Assembly (NCBI RefSeq): GCF_006345805.1
Contig: NC_042999.1
Coordinates: 54,436,001 to 54,500,000, forward strand
From: Octopus sinensis
Lineage: Eukaryota
DNA: 64,000 nt
Direction of reading: 5' to 3'
Shown: one piece after another, positions 10,594 to 25,139 of the stretch
How the letters are laid out: each line of letters starts with the position of its first letter
Position numbering within the stretch: position 1 is the stretch's first letter
Made by a program: the position numbers and the translations under genes
Notes under the pieces: model-generated
Database searches by the model: none
Told to the model about the DNA's origin: nothing
Seen by the model: the letters and a program-made list of their open reading frames with translations, nothing else

Positions 10594-12000
10594 CTTACAA
10601 TGGCGCCTATAAAAAAAACACGTGTCACTAAAGAATATTACAGCCAAATAAAGAAAATTTGTATCTCGGAACTCTCTGCTTTCAATCAGTGATCCACATT
10701 GTGTTTGCTGTGCCAGTACTCATACCAACATTTGGGCTGCTTAATTGGACGCTTGATGAGACCTGAGCCATTAATGTGAAAATCCGGAAGATACTAACAA
10801 GTACACACAATTTCCACATCAACAGTGATATAAACCGCCTCTACCTAAAACGAAAGAAGAGGCTTAACATGAATCCAGACTGCCTTTAAATGTCGTATCA
10901 TATCCCTTCGGCAACATCTTTTAACCACCAAATGTCGAAGTACATCCCTTGACCAAGTTTTCATACATGAGACTGATAACATTATAAGACTTGGAGGGCA
11001 GCCCCTTGAGCAGAGTTCCTTGTCTGATAACTTTAAATATACAAGCCCAAAGAAGTTGCACGACTCAGCCGCAACATATCATCAGATGAAAGGATGAGCG
11101 TATATGAGCAGAAGACGATGCATGGATATGTTATTAGAACGCACCAAGATGATAGTAACTTTGATCATCAAAGCAGTCTATCATGGACCAACAACCGGAT
11201 TAAGACCTCCCATTTTAAAGGATATGCGTTTACAGTCCAGGAACAGGAATTATCAACCAAACACCTCTTGCACAAAAGGGACAAATATGGAGGAGAAGCA
11301 GTAAAATTTTACAACCAATGGAGATTTTGTGGAGTTAACAGCGAAGATATCACCCACACATTAAGCAGTTGTCCGAAAATGTCATCACTGTATTATCTAC
11401 CGATGAGACAGGATGTTGTAGCTAGGACGCTCTATAATGAAATCCGTCGGAATCCCAAGGACAAAGAAATAAGAACCCATAGTATGGTAGAGGTCATAGT
11501 AATTCATAATAAAAAGGAGTACTGGCAGAATGTACCAATGTAAACCTCAATAAAATGTAAACACAACAGGCCTGATATAAGGATTTAAGATAGAGAATAG
11601 AAACTGTGCACAGTTGTGGAAATTAGCTGCCCCATGGATGTTTACATAAAGCTGAAGATCAGTGAAAAAGAGAATACCTACGCTGAACTATTGAGACATC
11701 TTCAGTTACTCTATCCAGGTTACAAATTCAGGTTTATACCTGTAATTATTGGGGCCCTGGATATGTGGAACCTTGCCTAAATACCAATCTTGCGAAATTA
11801 GGCTTCTCAAAACCAGAAAGGAGAAAGCTAATTCGAAGACTACAGAACCAATCCATTACTGGAACTGTAAAAATCTGTAAAATTTTCCAGAAGTTTATTA
11901 TTTAAATATATATGAGCATCTCTAGATATGCAACTATATGCATGAGAATACATACATAAAACAAGCAAATCTGCACATAGATACATACATACTACATACA
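10592..12000 (+). mobile_element. Dong/R4-clade non-LTR retrotransposon fragment (Zn knuckle and restriction-like endonuclease), decayed
   Basis: FCGVNSEDITHTLSSCPKM, RQDVVARTLYNEI, KHNRPDI...VEISCPMD, IPVIIGAL. Confidence 0.8.
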
Positions 12001-12002
12001 TT

Positions 12003-13068
12003 ATGACTGCCCCCTCGTTATCGAGTATGGCCATTGCACGAAGCTTAACTGTTATTGGTGCTGTGATCGAATGTGACTTTTTAGCCCAGCTAAAGATCTA
12101 CAATGTCTTGTACAGAATTGGCAACTAAAACCTTTACAGGTAATAACCGGCTGTAGTTGTAACTGGGCTTCATGTACCTTTGCATGTCCTCCTGCCGAAT
12201 TACACTCTTTTCCACATGCCTGACAGATATGATTAGTATGGTGTGTTACACCACCACCAGTGGCCAGGTTGTCACTCATCTGTCTCGCTTCATGACTACG
12301 AAGATGACTCTTGAGTCCAGCTTTACTGAGGCAGGGTCTTGCACAGACACTGCATGTCAGTATCATAGGAAGACCCTTCCCATCTGGAAGTGTAACAGTG
12401 ATGCCCGTCCTGACATTGCTCCTTACTTTCTCATGTGCAACTCGAGATTTCTCAAAAGTGGCTGTCCCCTCGTGCACAATCCTTCTCCACCTGCTATGAT
12501 CAATAGCAATGCCCTCCCATGTGTCAGGAGAGATGCAAGCATCTCCTTAAGGAAGCCTTCAGCAAGTCCTTATACCTCTTTTTGGTTTATGTGGATGTCG
12601 TTTTCATTTAGCTAACTCTCCATAAAAGAGTTGTTTTGGCATCCTTGAATCCTTCATCCTGACCACTCCATCTGAGCCTTTGCTTTAACACAAGAGCTTC
12701 TATGCTTTCACACCAAGAGCCTTCCAATATTTCAAGATCACTGATGCGGTCCTTACACTTAATGCCATAGATCCCTCTGAGACACATCTGATAGAAACGT
12801 TCCAGTTGTTTAAGGTGGTATCGATATGTGACCCACGTCTCTCAGGCATAGAGAAGAGAAGGGAGCACACATGCCTTGTACACCTTTATCTTTGTCTTTC
12901 TGCATATGTCTCGCCGACTCTAGAGGTGTTTTTCTAGCCTTCCGAAAGCAATACTTGCTTTCCTAATTCTATAAGGAATTTCATCATCCAAATTGCTATA
13001 CCTATTAATAGTGCTTCCCAGGTAGACAAACTGATCAACTGCATCAAGCCGTTCACCATACACAAAGA
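12003..13068 (-). mobile_element. RTE-clade LINE 3' fragment with C-terminal C2H2 zinc fingers
   Basis: VDQFVYLGSTI...RIRKASIAFGRLEK (RT C-terminal region); ORF 12052-12477 holds CSVC..HLRSH, CQAC..HAKVH and CQFC..HIRSQH. Confidence 0.82.
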
Positions 13069-13267
13069 TACATACATACATACATACATACATACATACA
13101 TACATGCATGCATGCATACATACATACATACATACATACATACATACATACATACATACATACATGCATGCATGCATGCATACATACATACATACATACA
13201 TACATACATACATACATACATACATACATGCATACATACATACATACATACATACATACATACATAA

Positions 13268-13380
13268 CCTGTTGTTGATGTTAAAATTCCAATGAAGGAA
13301 CCTTGGATCGAGGTTAGGAATTGGCTCTTTCTCTATTGGCAAGAAATCTTGAAATAAAACTGAATAATGACCATACATAC
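13268..13380 (+). mobile_element. 110-bp Dong/R4 terminal segment
   Basis: Near-identical to 10400-10515; ends in CATACATAC. Confidence 0.65.
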
Positions 13381-13584
13381 ATATATACATGCATACATAT
13401 TATCCTTCATCAAAAATACTATGGACAGTAACTTCGAAGCTTAAGCCAGTTAAAGCATCGTTGGACTACAATCTTCTGTAACATCAATAAATTTGTATTC
13501 TTCAAATGTATAGTACGCACACACATATGCACTCACACACACACACACACACACACACTCATATACCCATACACACATACACAT

Positions 13585-13690
13585 ATGTATGTATGTCATT
13601 GTTCAGTTTTATTTCAAGATTTCTTGCTAACAGAGAAAGAGCCGGTTTCTAACCTAGATCCATGGTTCCTTCATTTCAAAATAAACAAGG
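13585..13690 (-). mobile_element. 110-bp Dong/R4 terminal segment (inverted)
   Basis: Reverse complement of 13268-13380. Confidence 0.65.
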
Positions 13691-13739
13691 GCGTATATAT
13701 ATATATGTATGTATGTGTCTATCTATGCGTATATGTGTA

Positions 13740-13953
13740 TTTGTGTCTGTGTTTGTCCCCAATCGTCGCTTGACAACCGGTGTTGGTGAGTTTGCGTCCC
13801 TGTAATTTAGCGGATCAGCAAAAGAGACCGACTGAATAAGAACTAGGCTTTAAAAAGCCATAGTACTGGGACTGATTCATTCGAGTAAAAATATTCTTCA
13901 ATGCGGAGCCCCTGCATGGCCACAGTCTGAGTGAAACATGTAAAAGATGAAAG
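13740..13953 (+). mobile_element. SINE family B, 3' part
   Basis: GCTTGACAACCG..., CAAAAGAGACCGA, CATGGCCACAGTC..GAAACATGTAAAAGA. Confidence 0.75.
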
Positions 13954-14381
13954 ATTAATTATTGCGAAAAAAATTAGGTCAGTTGCTCCACCGATTCTGG
14001 CATGGTGATGATTTTTGAAAACTAAATACAGAGTGCAGTTCTGACAAAAAACGCGACAGCAGTCACAGAAAAGAATCTGTTGAAAAGGGTTGGACATATT
14101 TACAATTGAGTTGGGGGGGTGCAAGGAATTATATAACAAGTCTGTGGATATAATAAACAGAAAATGAGATTGTTAATTAGAGTATTATTGGGAGAAAGGT
14201 CAGGAGGGGAAGGTAACAGAATATCTGTCAACGATATTGTATGAATGGGACAAAGATGAGGGTTAGAGAAACTTCTGATACGCAAAACAATGGCTCTTTA
14301 GAGGAAAAATTCCAGGAAACAAAAATATTTCATTCTCCACCCTTGGTTTTTTAGTACATCAGGAAACAGGGGTAGATATGT

Positions 14382-14431
<50 letters not shown>

Positions 14432-14714
14432 TCTCTTTATCTATCTATCTATCTTCGTTTCTGCCGCTCTAAAACACACCTCTTATGCTTCACACACACA
14501 CATACACACAGACAGACAAACACACACACACACACACACACACGCAAGTATGTATATACAATTTTATTCATATTTAAGTGAATACGAGAGAGTGTGTGTG
14601 TGTATGTGTGTATGTGTGTATGTATGCATATGTATGCATGTTCATGTATGTCTGTATACGTGTGTATGTAATGTATATGTATAAACATCATATATATATA
14701 TATATATATATATA

Positions 14715-15098
14715 ACTAGCAGTATCGCCCGGCGTTACTCAGGTTTGTAAGGGAAATAACTATAAAGCATTTTTAGAGAGTTATAGTCAAAAAATAGCAA
14801 AATAATGGAAAAAAAATTATGGTAAATTTTTTTGAGAGTTAAAAAAGGTGGAGTTGCGTCCCCTAGACGGTCTGTGGTTTGGGTTTCTGATTCTCGACCC
14901 CATGTCGAATTTATCGATTTTTTTTAGATCTGGGGGAACTTTTCAAAATTTTCGCTGCGTTAGTTTTGAATTATGACATTGGGCTATGTGTGTGTCAAGT
15001 TTCATCAGAATCGGTTGAAAGCCGTGGTCAGAGTGAGGGTACGAGAAAACAGACACACAGAAAACGCACAGACAAACTGCCGTTTATATAGAGAGAGA
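14715..15098 (+). mobile_element. non-autonomous Helitron-like element
   Basis: Starts ACTAGCAGTATCGCCCGGCGTT, contains AAGTTTCATCAGAATCGG, ends ACAAACTGCCGTTTATATAGAGAGAGAT; this architecture is typical of invertebrate non-autonomous Helitron/Helentron elements. Confidence 0.6.
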
Positions 15099-15173
15099 TT
15101 ATTTGAGGGAATATAAATCCAAATTTACAGGGAAAAAAATTCAATTTACAAATACTAAATCAAATTTCACACA

Positions 15174-15205
<32 letters not shown>

Positions 15206-15581
15206 TATATATATAATATATATATATATGAATTAGAAAAAAACACCTTTTATCAATTCAAAGTGAACAATTAAATTACACCATCTAGAAAATTACATAT
15301 AATAGAAATATTAAAAGTATAATAACAATAAAATATCAATGAGTGAGTAAATTGCAAAAAAATAATAAAAACATATGTAATTGGTAATATATATATAAAC
15401 AGCACGGATTTATGTCAGTGAACAGGTCGTGGTCTTATAGCGACGAAAATATTTTGACAAATTAAACTTAAATGTGTGTTTCTTAAATGGCTTACAAACA
15501 CCTTCCACGCTGCAATTGTTTTCGTTTCAGCACACGATCTCAGATCAAATCACTTGCTACGCAAGTACATCTCCGTAAATG

Positions 15582-15665
<84 letters not shown>

Positions 15666-16320
15666 CATATTACCATCTATATGTGTGTGAGTTTGTCTGT
15701 GTGTGTGTTTACGCATATGTACATACATATATTTTAATATCGTGTTAAAAACAATTTCACATTAAACTGAAAAATGATTTTTTTTTATTAGTACATATTT
15801 ATTAAGTTTTTACTTTGACAGTGACTTCGAAATTTTTGCTTTATCGCTTTCATCAGACAAGCTGAAACTTCGAAGTTACTGTTAATCGTTCTATTGTGAG
15901 TGTTAATATGTGTGTGCGTGTATGTGTGTGTATACATACATATATACAATTACGCACGCACACACACACACATACACACACATGCACACGCGCACACAAA
16001 CACGATTAACTTATCCCTGTACTTTTGTATTGGTATTTACGTGTTTAATGTGTGCGAACGTTAATGTACCCGCATTCCACCCATGCCACTCATGGTATAA
16101 CAATTGTTGCCGGTTTAGCACCGCTAACTCTTCGTAATTGGAATTTAATTTTAGTTTAATTACCAAAATTTCTGCTTCACCACTTGAATTAAAAAACTTT
16201 CAGATGAGGAACTGTATGATGCGGAGGGAAGGAAGTGAACAGAAGGAAAAGATGAAAGAGATAAGGAAAGAAAGAAGGCGAAATAAGGAAGAAAAGAATA
16301 GAGAATCACAAGGAATGAAG

Positions 16321-16553
16321 TTATTTTGCTTAGAACATAATCTTTTCTGCTCTTGGCACAAGGCCCGAAATTTTGGGGGAGGGAGCCAGTCGATTGTATC
16401 GCCCCAGTACGCAACTGGTACTTAATTCATCGACCCCGAAAGGATCAAAGGCAAAGTCGGCCTCGGGGAAATTTGAACTCAGAACGAAAAGATAGACAAA
16501 TACTTTTGAGCGTTTCACCCGGCGTGCTAACGACTCTGCCAGCTCGCCGCCTT
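16321..16553 (-). mobile_element. SINE family A (alpha tail)
   Basis: Full head-to-tail match on the minus strand. Confidence 0.88.
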
Positions 16554-17379
16554 TTAGTCTAGAAAATAATAAAGTTTATTTCAGCACTGAATAAGAATCA
16601 GTGGTGGTGGTAGGAGCAGATAATAGTAACAACTGCAATAACAAGAAAAAGAATTATTGATAGCGATTGAAGCAATATTAATGCCAAAAAGTAATATTTA
16701 TCTTCCATTTAAAAGTGGATGTTGTGTTAGAACACATAATACTGCGTTATCCGCCATGAGAGAACTTCTCATATGGACTTGTAGTATACAGGAGTTGTTT
16801 ATATCGCTGGTGATCGATAACTGTCCGCTACGGCCGCCAGAACTGCCCGCTCGTGCGATATTGACCTTTCTCGACCTTGTCAATGACAGATATCTATAGC
16901 CAGACATAGAAGTCGATTTCCACGTCAGCGTTATATATAGAATCACGGTATTTATTCAGGCACCGGCGTCGCGAATAACCAGTGGTCTTATAAAAAAATA
17001 ATTAATATCGACAGGGACAGTATTTATAGCAAAACGTAGAAGATCAACAGCGACTGAAATAATGAATTCAAATAAAAGTCGGGTAATAACTGTAAATCGC
17101 CATGTTGAAAATGAATCTCGAAGATAACTTTGTCACGGCCGTCATTTTGTAAATCGTCCATCCGCACAGAAGAAACACATTATAAAACATTGTTTCTGGC
17201 CTTAAAACTTCACTAAACTGCGATAGCCGTCCCTGCTCTCTGAGTCTCTCTCTAACCCCCGATCGCTTGTGTTTCTGCTGGTCACTATTAACACAATGAC
17301 CCACCCAAATTCTAACCACGAAGAAGATTCTTTTAGCATATGAATATTGAATATTGTCCTTGGTTTATCTGCATTTTTT

Positions 17380-17600
17380 ATCTTTTACTTGTATCAGTCA
17401 TTGGAGTGCGGCCATGTTGGTGCACTGCCTTGAAGTGTTTTGCCGAAATAGTACTAGTACTTATTATATCAGTCTCTTTCGCCGAGTCGTTAGATTACGG
17501 GGACGTAAAAAAGACAACACTGTTTGTTAAGCGGTGGGGAGAAAAAACACCGAAACAAACAGAAAACACACACACACTCGCCTGCGTGTGTATATGTGTG
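17380..17600 (-). mobile_element. SINE family B, 3' part, diverged
   Basis: TCTTTTACTTGTATCAGTCAT..GCGGCCATG.. Confidence 0.7.
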
Positions 17601-18059
17601 TGTGTGTATCATTTGTACTGTTCCGTGATGCTGAGATCAGCAAAAAAGTACTTCATCTGTTGACAGGTTAATGTTATTTAATAAACACAATATATGTTTT
17701 TATGTCCTATTATTAGTTTCATGTGATGAAAGCATGCCAAATGGTATTTTTAAACACGCCTGGTGCTTTAGCGCAATCATTCAGCACTGCCCACATGGCA
17801 TAACATTAAACAAAAATAGGACGAAAGAAAGAGAGAAAAGTGAGAAAAGGTGAGAAAGAAGTGAACATAAAAGGCAGAAGGTTGAACAACCGCGGTTTTC
17901 CAACCTTCCGCCTTTTATATCTACGTGAAACTAAGAGTAGCACCTAATAACATGTATTGTGCTTATTAAATTATATGTATGTGTGTGTGTGTGTGTGTAT
18001 GTATGTATACATATATATATATATATATATATAGTTAATCCAAACAAGAAAGCAAAAAA

Positions 18060-18210
18060 AAAACACAACAACGCGAGGACATGGAACAAATATAGTATTA
18101 TTGGACGCTCAGGAAAGAGCGGAGCTCTTCGTCGGAAACATAGGAGAAGAAAAGATCCAGAGAAGGGAAGACAGAGGGAAAAAAATCGTCAACGGTACAC
18201 ACGAGGTCAC
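18060..18210 (-). mobile_element. short Penelope-end-like element with a half-deleted HHR
   Basis: GAGCGGAGCTCTTCGTCGGAAA resembles the HHR-bearing elements at 27370 and 49440; the GAAAC half is missing. Confidence 0.45.
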
Positions 18211-18224
18211 ACACACACATATAT

Positions 18225-18660
<436 letters not shown>

Positions 18661-19536
18661 CGAGCCCAGAAAGCCCTACACATAAAGGCACTTGTTCTCA
18701 TTGCGCTACAACTCCGACTGCCGAGAGACTATTCAATAGTGTCTTAACGAAACCCGCAAACAATAATAAATCTCAGAGCGAGTTATAAACAGTAGCTGCA
18801 ACACATCGTGACGTATATTTGCCATTTAAATATGGCTAACCCCTAAGGGTGGATGCTACTGTATTTTGTAGCCCCAGGAGGACACCTCCTCCAGCTGGCT
18901 ATAGACACACTTTCTGTGCCCTATCCGCAAATATCTATCAATATTCATGTCATCAATTCTTTTCCATTTAGAATGTGTGTGTGTGTGAGTGTTGTCAATG
19001 TTTCACAGTCATTTTTGTTTCTTTGATATTCAGAGTTATCACCTCTTGCCTCTGTTGTACAGATTTATGTTTCGAAAGCCTTGATTAATGAAAAGCTTTC
19101 TCGCAGCGCCATGCCAAATGTGTTAATACTTTCATTGCTATTTACAGTATATTATAGTCTTTAATGTTGTAAATCTGTTAACCGTGCGTCTCCCCTAAAC
19201 CGCCCCCGTCAACGCTATTAAGTGTCCCATTGAAGTCTCTTTACAACCTAAAGAGACAATAAGGACGTCAGTGTCTTCGACTGCATTACTAACTCCCTCA
19301 TTGTCTACTTTAATTTATGTGACACTCCAGAGTTATCCAGTGAAATTTAACTGTAATAAAAGACATTTTCGCCCAACAAAACACGTATTGTTACAGCTCG
19401 CTTCCTCTTCCTTTGAAAAAAAAATCTTCTGGATTTAATCAAAATAGTTTTCTAAAAGAAATACAGTTAAGAAATAATTATAAACTATTTCTGTATTTTT
19501 CATATTATTAAACTTGTAATTATATTGTGCCTATAA

Positions 19537-19570
<34 letters not shown>

Positions 19571-19696
19571 CATTCTCTGGTATTAAACAACCAGACCCTT
19601 GAAAATTCCCCTAATAATCTCAAACGGAATAAACGAAAACAACAAAAAGAAAATTAAAAACTAGCATATATTTTATGGTATTCGCTTCCTGCAGTA

Positions 19697-19767
<71 letters not shown>

Positions 19768-20068
19768 TCTCTCACTCGATGTTGATTTATCTATCTATCT
19801 ATCTCTCCCTGCCTCAACACACTCGCGAGCGTTTGTGTAGATTGAACTTAAGAACCGTGAAATCAGTCGGGGTTTTTCTTGTCTTACTTTCAATATTCGG
19901 GTATTTTTATTTTTATTTTTATCTTTTGTTTGCTTTGTTTTTTTCTTTTTCTTCTTGATGGCGTAAATAGGATTTCTGAAGAAATCTTCAGCATTGTGCA
20001 CACACAACATCCCTCGAACATAAATTACATATGTACGCATGGATGATGTATGTACGTGCTTATGTGTG

Positions 20069-20100
<32 letters not shown>

Positions 20101-20221
20101 TGTATGTATGTATGTATGTATGTATGTATGTATGTATGTATGTATATGACGTGCTTCTTTGTATGTACATAAGTAAACATGTAAGTAGACAGCTAGGCAT
20201 ATAAATATGTATGTGTATGCG

Positions 20222-20395
20222 TTATTTTGCTTAGAACATAATCTTTTCTGCTCTTGGCACAAGGCCCGAAATTTTGGGGGAGGGAGCCAGTCGATTGGAT
20301 CCGCCCCAGTACGCAACTGGTACTTAATTCATCGACCCCGAAAGGATTAAAGGCAAAGTCGGCTTCGGGGGAATTTGAACTCAGAACATAACAGA
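20222..20395 (-). mobile_element. SINE family A, 5'-truncated
   Basis: Near-identical to 16321-16487, including the 3' extension. Confidence 0.85.
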
Positions 20396-20401
20396 TGTAT
20401 A

Positions 20402-21213
<812 letters not shown>

Positions 21214-21319
21214 GTAATATTTTGAATTCACCTAAAATGGTCCCTTTACATACTGAATACTTGTGAATTGATTAATAATTAATTAATTTTACCCTCAATT
21301 GTTGAAAATATATATATAT

Positions 21320-21352
<33 letters not shown>

Positions 21353-21816
21353 CAAAATAAGGATTCAAATAGAATCACGTACTTGAAAAGATATGGAGGG
21401 TTGGATAAATCGTGGTTCTAGCCATGGTTGGTAAGTATTAAATTGGATATTCCGGTTGTTTACTCAGAGAAAACCAAAGCTTTATGAGTATTTAGCGCCT
21501 AAGGGGCTGGTCCAAATCACGTGTCACGTTGCACGTGTTACATTGTACGTTGTTGGTATACTCTAGGGTGTCCGACAAGTCGTATATCCCCTTGGTGTAT
21601 TATAATCAAATGAAGAAAAACAAGCGATGGATAATTGTCGGCTCATTACAGCTAGAAGAATGAGAGCATTTCTTCATTACAGAGAACTGTAATCATCAAA
21701 TGAAACGTAATTTAACAAATAAAAGAATATCCCAAGAATATGGCAGGGACGCGACTGGAAGAAACAGCTGTAATGAGCTGATATTTATCCGTCGTCTCTT
21801 ATTATTCATTTGATTA

Positions 21817-21852
<36 letters not shown>

Positions 21853-21855
<3 letters not shown>

Positions 21856-22418
21856 GGGGCGATGGGTAAATTGTCGCCATTTTATATTTCTAATTTTGTG
21901 CATGTGCATTGCGTGTTTTTGATTTTTCTCAGACGAGAAAGATTTCTGCTGGGATCAGATGTTAACACACAAAAAAATCCGTTGTCTTGTTATATCCACA
22001 AAACATGCACCGAAAGTGATAAAAATCAAACATCCAGTCAGCATAATGGTGTGTGGAGGGATCCATTCATCTACCCACACGGCCTCAGACTCAACACGGA
22101 CGCCCATATCAAGTGACTGCAGAGGGCAGTGCTGCCCTGGGTTAAGAGGGTTGCAGCTGAAAGACCCTATGTCTGGCAACAGGACTCTGTACTATGTCAC
22201 ACAAGCAGGAGAACCCAGTCATGGCTGTCAAGCAATTTCTGTGACCACATCACCCCTAACATCTGGCCATCTAAATCCTCAGACCCCCTTGATTATTGAG
22301 CGAGAGAACAACAAAACTCCTTGTCACACGAAAGATGAACTGAAGGCGAAGGTTATGGCATCATTCGCCAACTTAAACAAGGAGACCGTCCAGAAGAGTA
22401 GCAGGAGATTCCGATGTC
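21853..22418 (+). mobile_element. Tc1/mariner-superfamily transposon remnant (internally deleted)
   Basis: TA-CAGGGGGCGATGGGTAAATTGTCGCC TIR; decayed PFIYPHGLRLNT, WQQDS, IWPSKSSDP, TKDELKAKVMASF. Confidence 0.8.
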
Positions 22419-23110
22419 TATGTATGTATCTATACATGTATGTATGTGTGTATATATGTATGTTTGGTTGCGCAATAAAACCACTTGTGGCACCAAAATC
22501 AAGCTCTTGGGTGGCTTTAACTGAAAAATGTCTTTGAGAAGATGAAACTCTCTAATATAAACTTGCCTTGAAATAGTTTGCAGTCATCACGCATTTTCTT
22601 TTCAGTGATAGTCAGAGAGGAACATACGCAGATGGAGGGAGAAGAGAGAGAGAGAGTGAGAAAAAGAGACAGAGAGAGAGAGAAAAAAGAGAGAGAGAGA
22701 TGCAGAGGAACAGAGAGAAGGAATGGAAGGAAGGAATGGATTCCATACAGCTAGAATAAGGGAGCAGCGGCTGACATAGTCGTGTTAGAAGATTCGAGAG
22801 AGTAGATGGGTGAGACGGTGTTTGTAAAATGTTAGTGAGTAGATTATTTGTCTCTGTCTCAGAAGTGATTCAAAATCACAGACTTTGGTAAAGATTAACA
22901 CATCTGTAAAACTTCTGGCCAAAAAACATATAAATTCTGCTTGCTATTTAGGAGAACAATGCGGCTTTTGTACTCTAGTCGCTGTGTTTATAAATACAAT
23001 ACATACTTACATGTAAACATATATAAACATGCATGTATATGCATGTTATATATATATGTATGTATATATATATGTATATATTATATATTATATATATATA
23101 TATATATATA

Positions 23111-23157
<47 letters not shown>

Positions 23158-23473
23158 CGAGAGATAGAGAGAGAAGAGAGAGAGAGATAGTGAAGGAAGC
23201 GGATATATATACAATGTGTATGTATTATATATATATAATATATAAATATATATCATTTATAAAATACAAAACATACATTTAAAATATATATAAACATGCA
23301 TATATATGCATGTATATATATGTGTGTGTGTGCTTGCGTACGTGTGTGTATGCACCTGTGTATGTGTGTGTATTTGTGTATACATATATGTATGAATATA
23401 AGCAACCGCATGTTTGTGTAAGCATGAATGTGTCGGTGTGTGCTTGTGTGTGTGCGCGCGCGCGCGTGTCTGC

Positions 23474-23513
<40 letters not shown>

Positions 23514-23639
23514 TAACAGTTTGATTCCGTCTCCATGCAACGTAAAGTCGTCAAACGATTTACACTCACACATGTACTAATGATTAATAATAATTAATAT
23601 AATTAGTTGTTCTATAAAATAGTTATGAAACAACTTCAT

Positions 23640-24960
23640 TTTCTGAGCGATGTCTCTCAAATATTCCAAAACACAGGAACATTTGGTGGCTTCCATTGTA
23701 GAAGAATGCTTAGAATTTCGAACAGACAAAAGAAACTAGAAAACAATCTAGGAGAGCGGGCGCACTAGCACATACATAAGTGTACGTCTATCTGTTACTC
23801 CACATATGCATACAAGCATACAACAGATAGACACACTGGAACATACACACACATGTACACACACACACGCTCACATACATATATACCAATATATACATAT
23901 GTATGTATATAGTAAAAGACAGCCTAAAAACTTGAAAACATTACTAACAAAGGCAAAATTTGACCTTAGCAACAAAGACCAAACATTCACTGTATCTAAA
24001 TGCAATGATAGCCGTTGTGGCACATGCGAATTCATACATACCGGCCAATATATAAACACAAAAACCGGGAAAATATTCACAAACGCGAATATGAACTGCA
24101 CTGCATCAAATGCCCAAATTGTGAAGAAATATATGTAGGTCAGACGGGAAATGCACTATCAGAACGCTCACGTGTACACCGACAACAGATTAGAGACCCA
24201 GAGGTCCGTCAGATACCTTTGAGTAACCATCTAGCAACATGTGGTCGGAAAATATATTAATATTTCCATTCTACAAATTACACAAGTGAAATCGAGAGGA
24301 AAATCAGAGAAAAGAATTTTATTGATAAATTCGAACCAAAGCTAAATAAGCAATAATAATAATACTTAGAGGTGCTACTTCTACTGCTACGACCATGACC
24401 ACTAACAACAACAAAAACAATACTAAAGGTGATCAAGATGAAGATAGCAGGAAAATTATCTTATTTAGGCTTAAAAGTTCTATTGCCACCACCATCACCA
24501 CTAGCAACAATAATTAAGGTGCTGACAATGATGATGATGACAATTGAAATATAAAAATCCCTGACCAAGGCTATTTACTAATTTCTAAAAATAGCCCAAC
24601 AATTGCTGCCTCGGCCAGGGTTAAAATACAGGACTCTTGACATGTTCAACAAAGCTTGACGCCTAAACCAACCAATCAGCTTAAGTAATTGAGTGATGCT
24701 ACACACTGATTGGTCAGAATACAGTTTGCAAAACCTAGCAATCTGGAGCCCACACAAGTGTATTTAAGGCACATCTTAACCATCTCGGTACAGTCAAAAA
24801 TTGTGAAGCATGGCTGTCACCACTACTACATGAACCTGAAGATTGCAGAATTTAATGCATGAAAGTACTAGTTCAATCAGAATGAACATTTAACATTCTA
24901 CTATTTTATTTTATCCTATTATTTTATCTTATATTATTATTATAAGATTGTAAATAAAAC
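23640..24960 (+). mobile_element. decayed Penelope-like element (linker, GIY-YIG endonuclease, 3' pseudo-LTR with HHR)
   Basis: KRQPKNLKTLLTKAKF, KCNDSRCGTCEFIH linker, CIKCPNCEEIYVGQTG..LSERSRVHRQQI, EKNFIDKFEPKLN*; interrupted by a microsatellite at about 23745-23910. Confidence 0.82.
24831..24875 (+). ncRNA. minimal type-I hammerhead ribozyme motif
   Basis: TGAAC-CTGAAGA-T-TGCA(GAATTTAA)TGCA-T-GAAA-GTACT-A-GTTCA; 5-bp stem I, palindromic AGTACT stem III, CUA triplet. Confidence 0.75.
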
Positions 24961-25061
24961 GTGAAAATCAGACAAGGTTGGAATTCCTTTTATTAATATA
25001 TTCTTCTATACACAATCACACACACCCATATATATATATATATATATATATATATCTATAT

Positions 25062-25127
<66 letters not shown>

Positions 25128-25139
25128 TATATATATATG

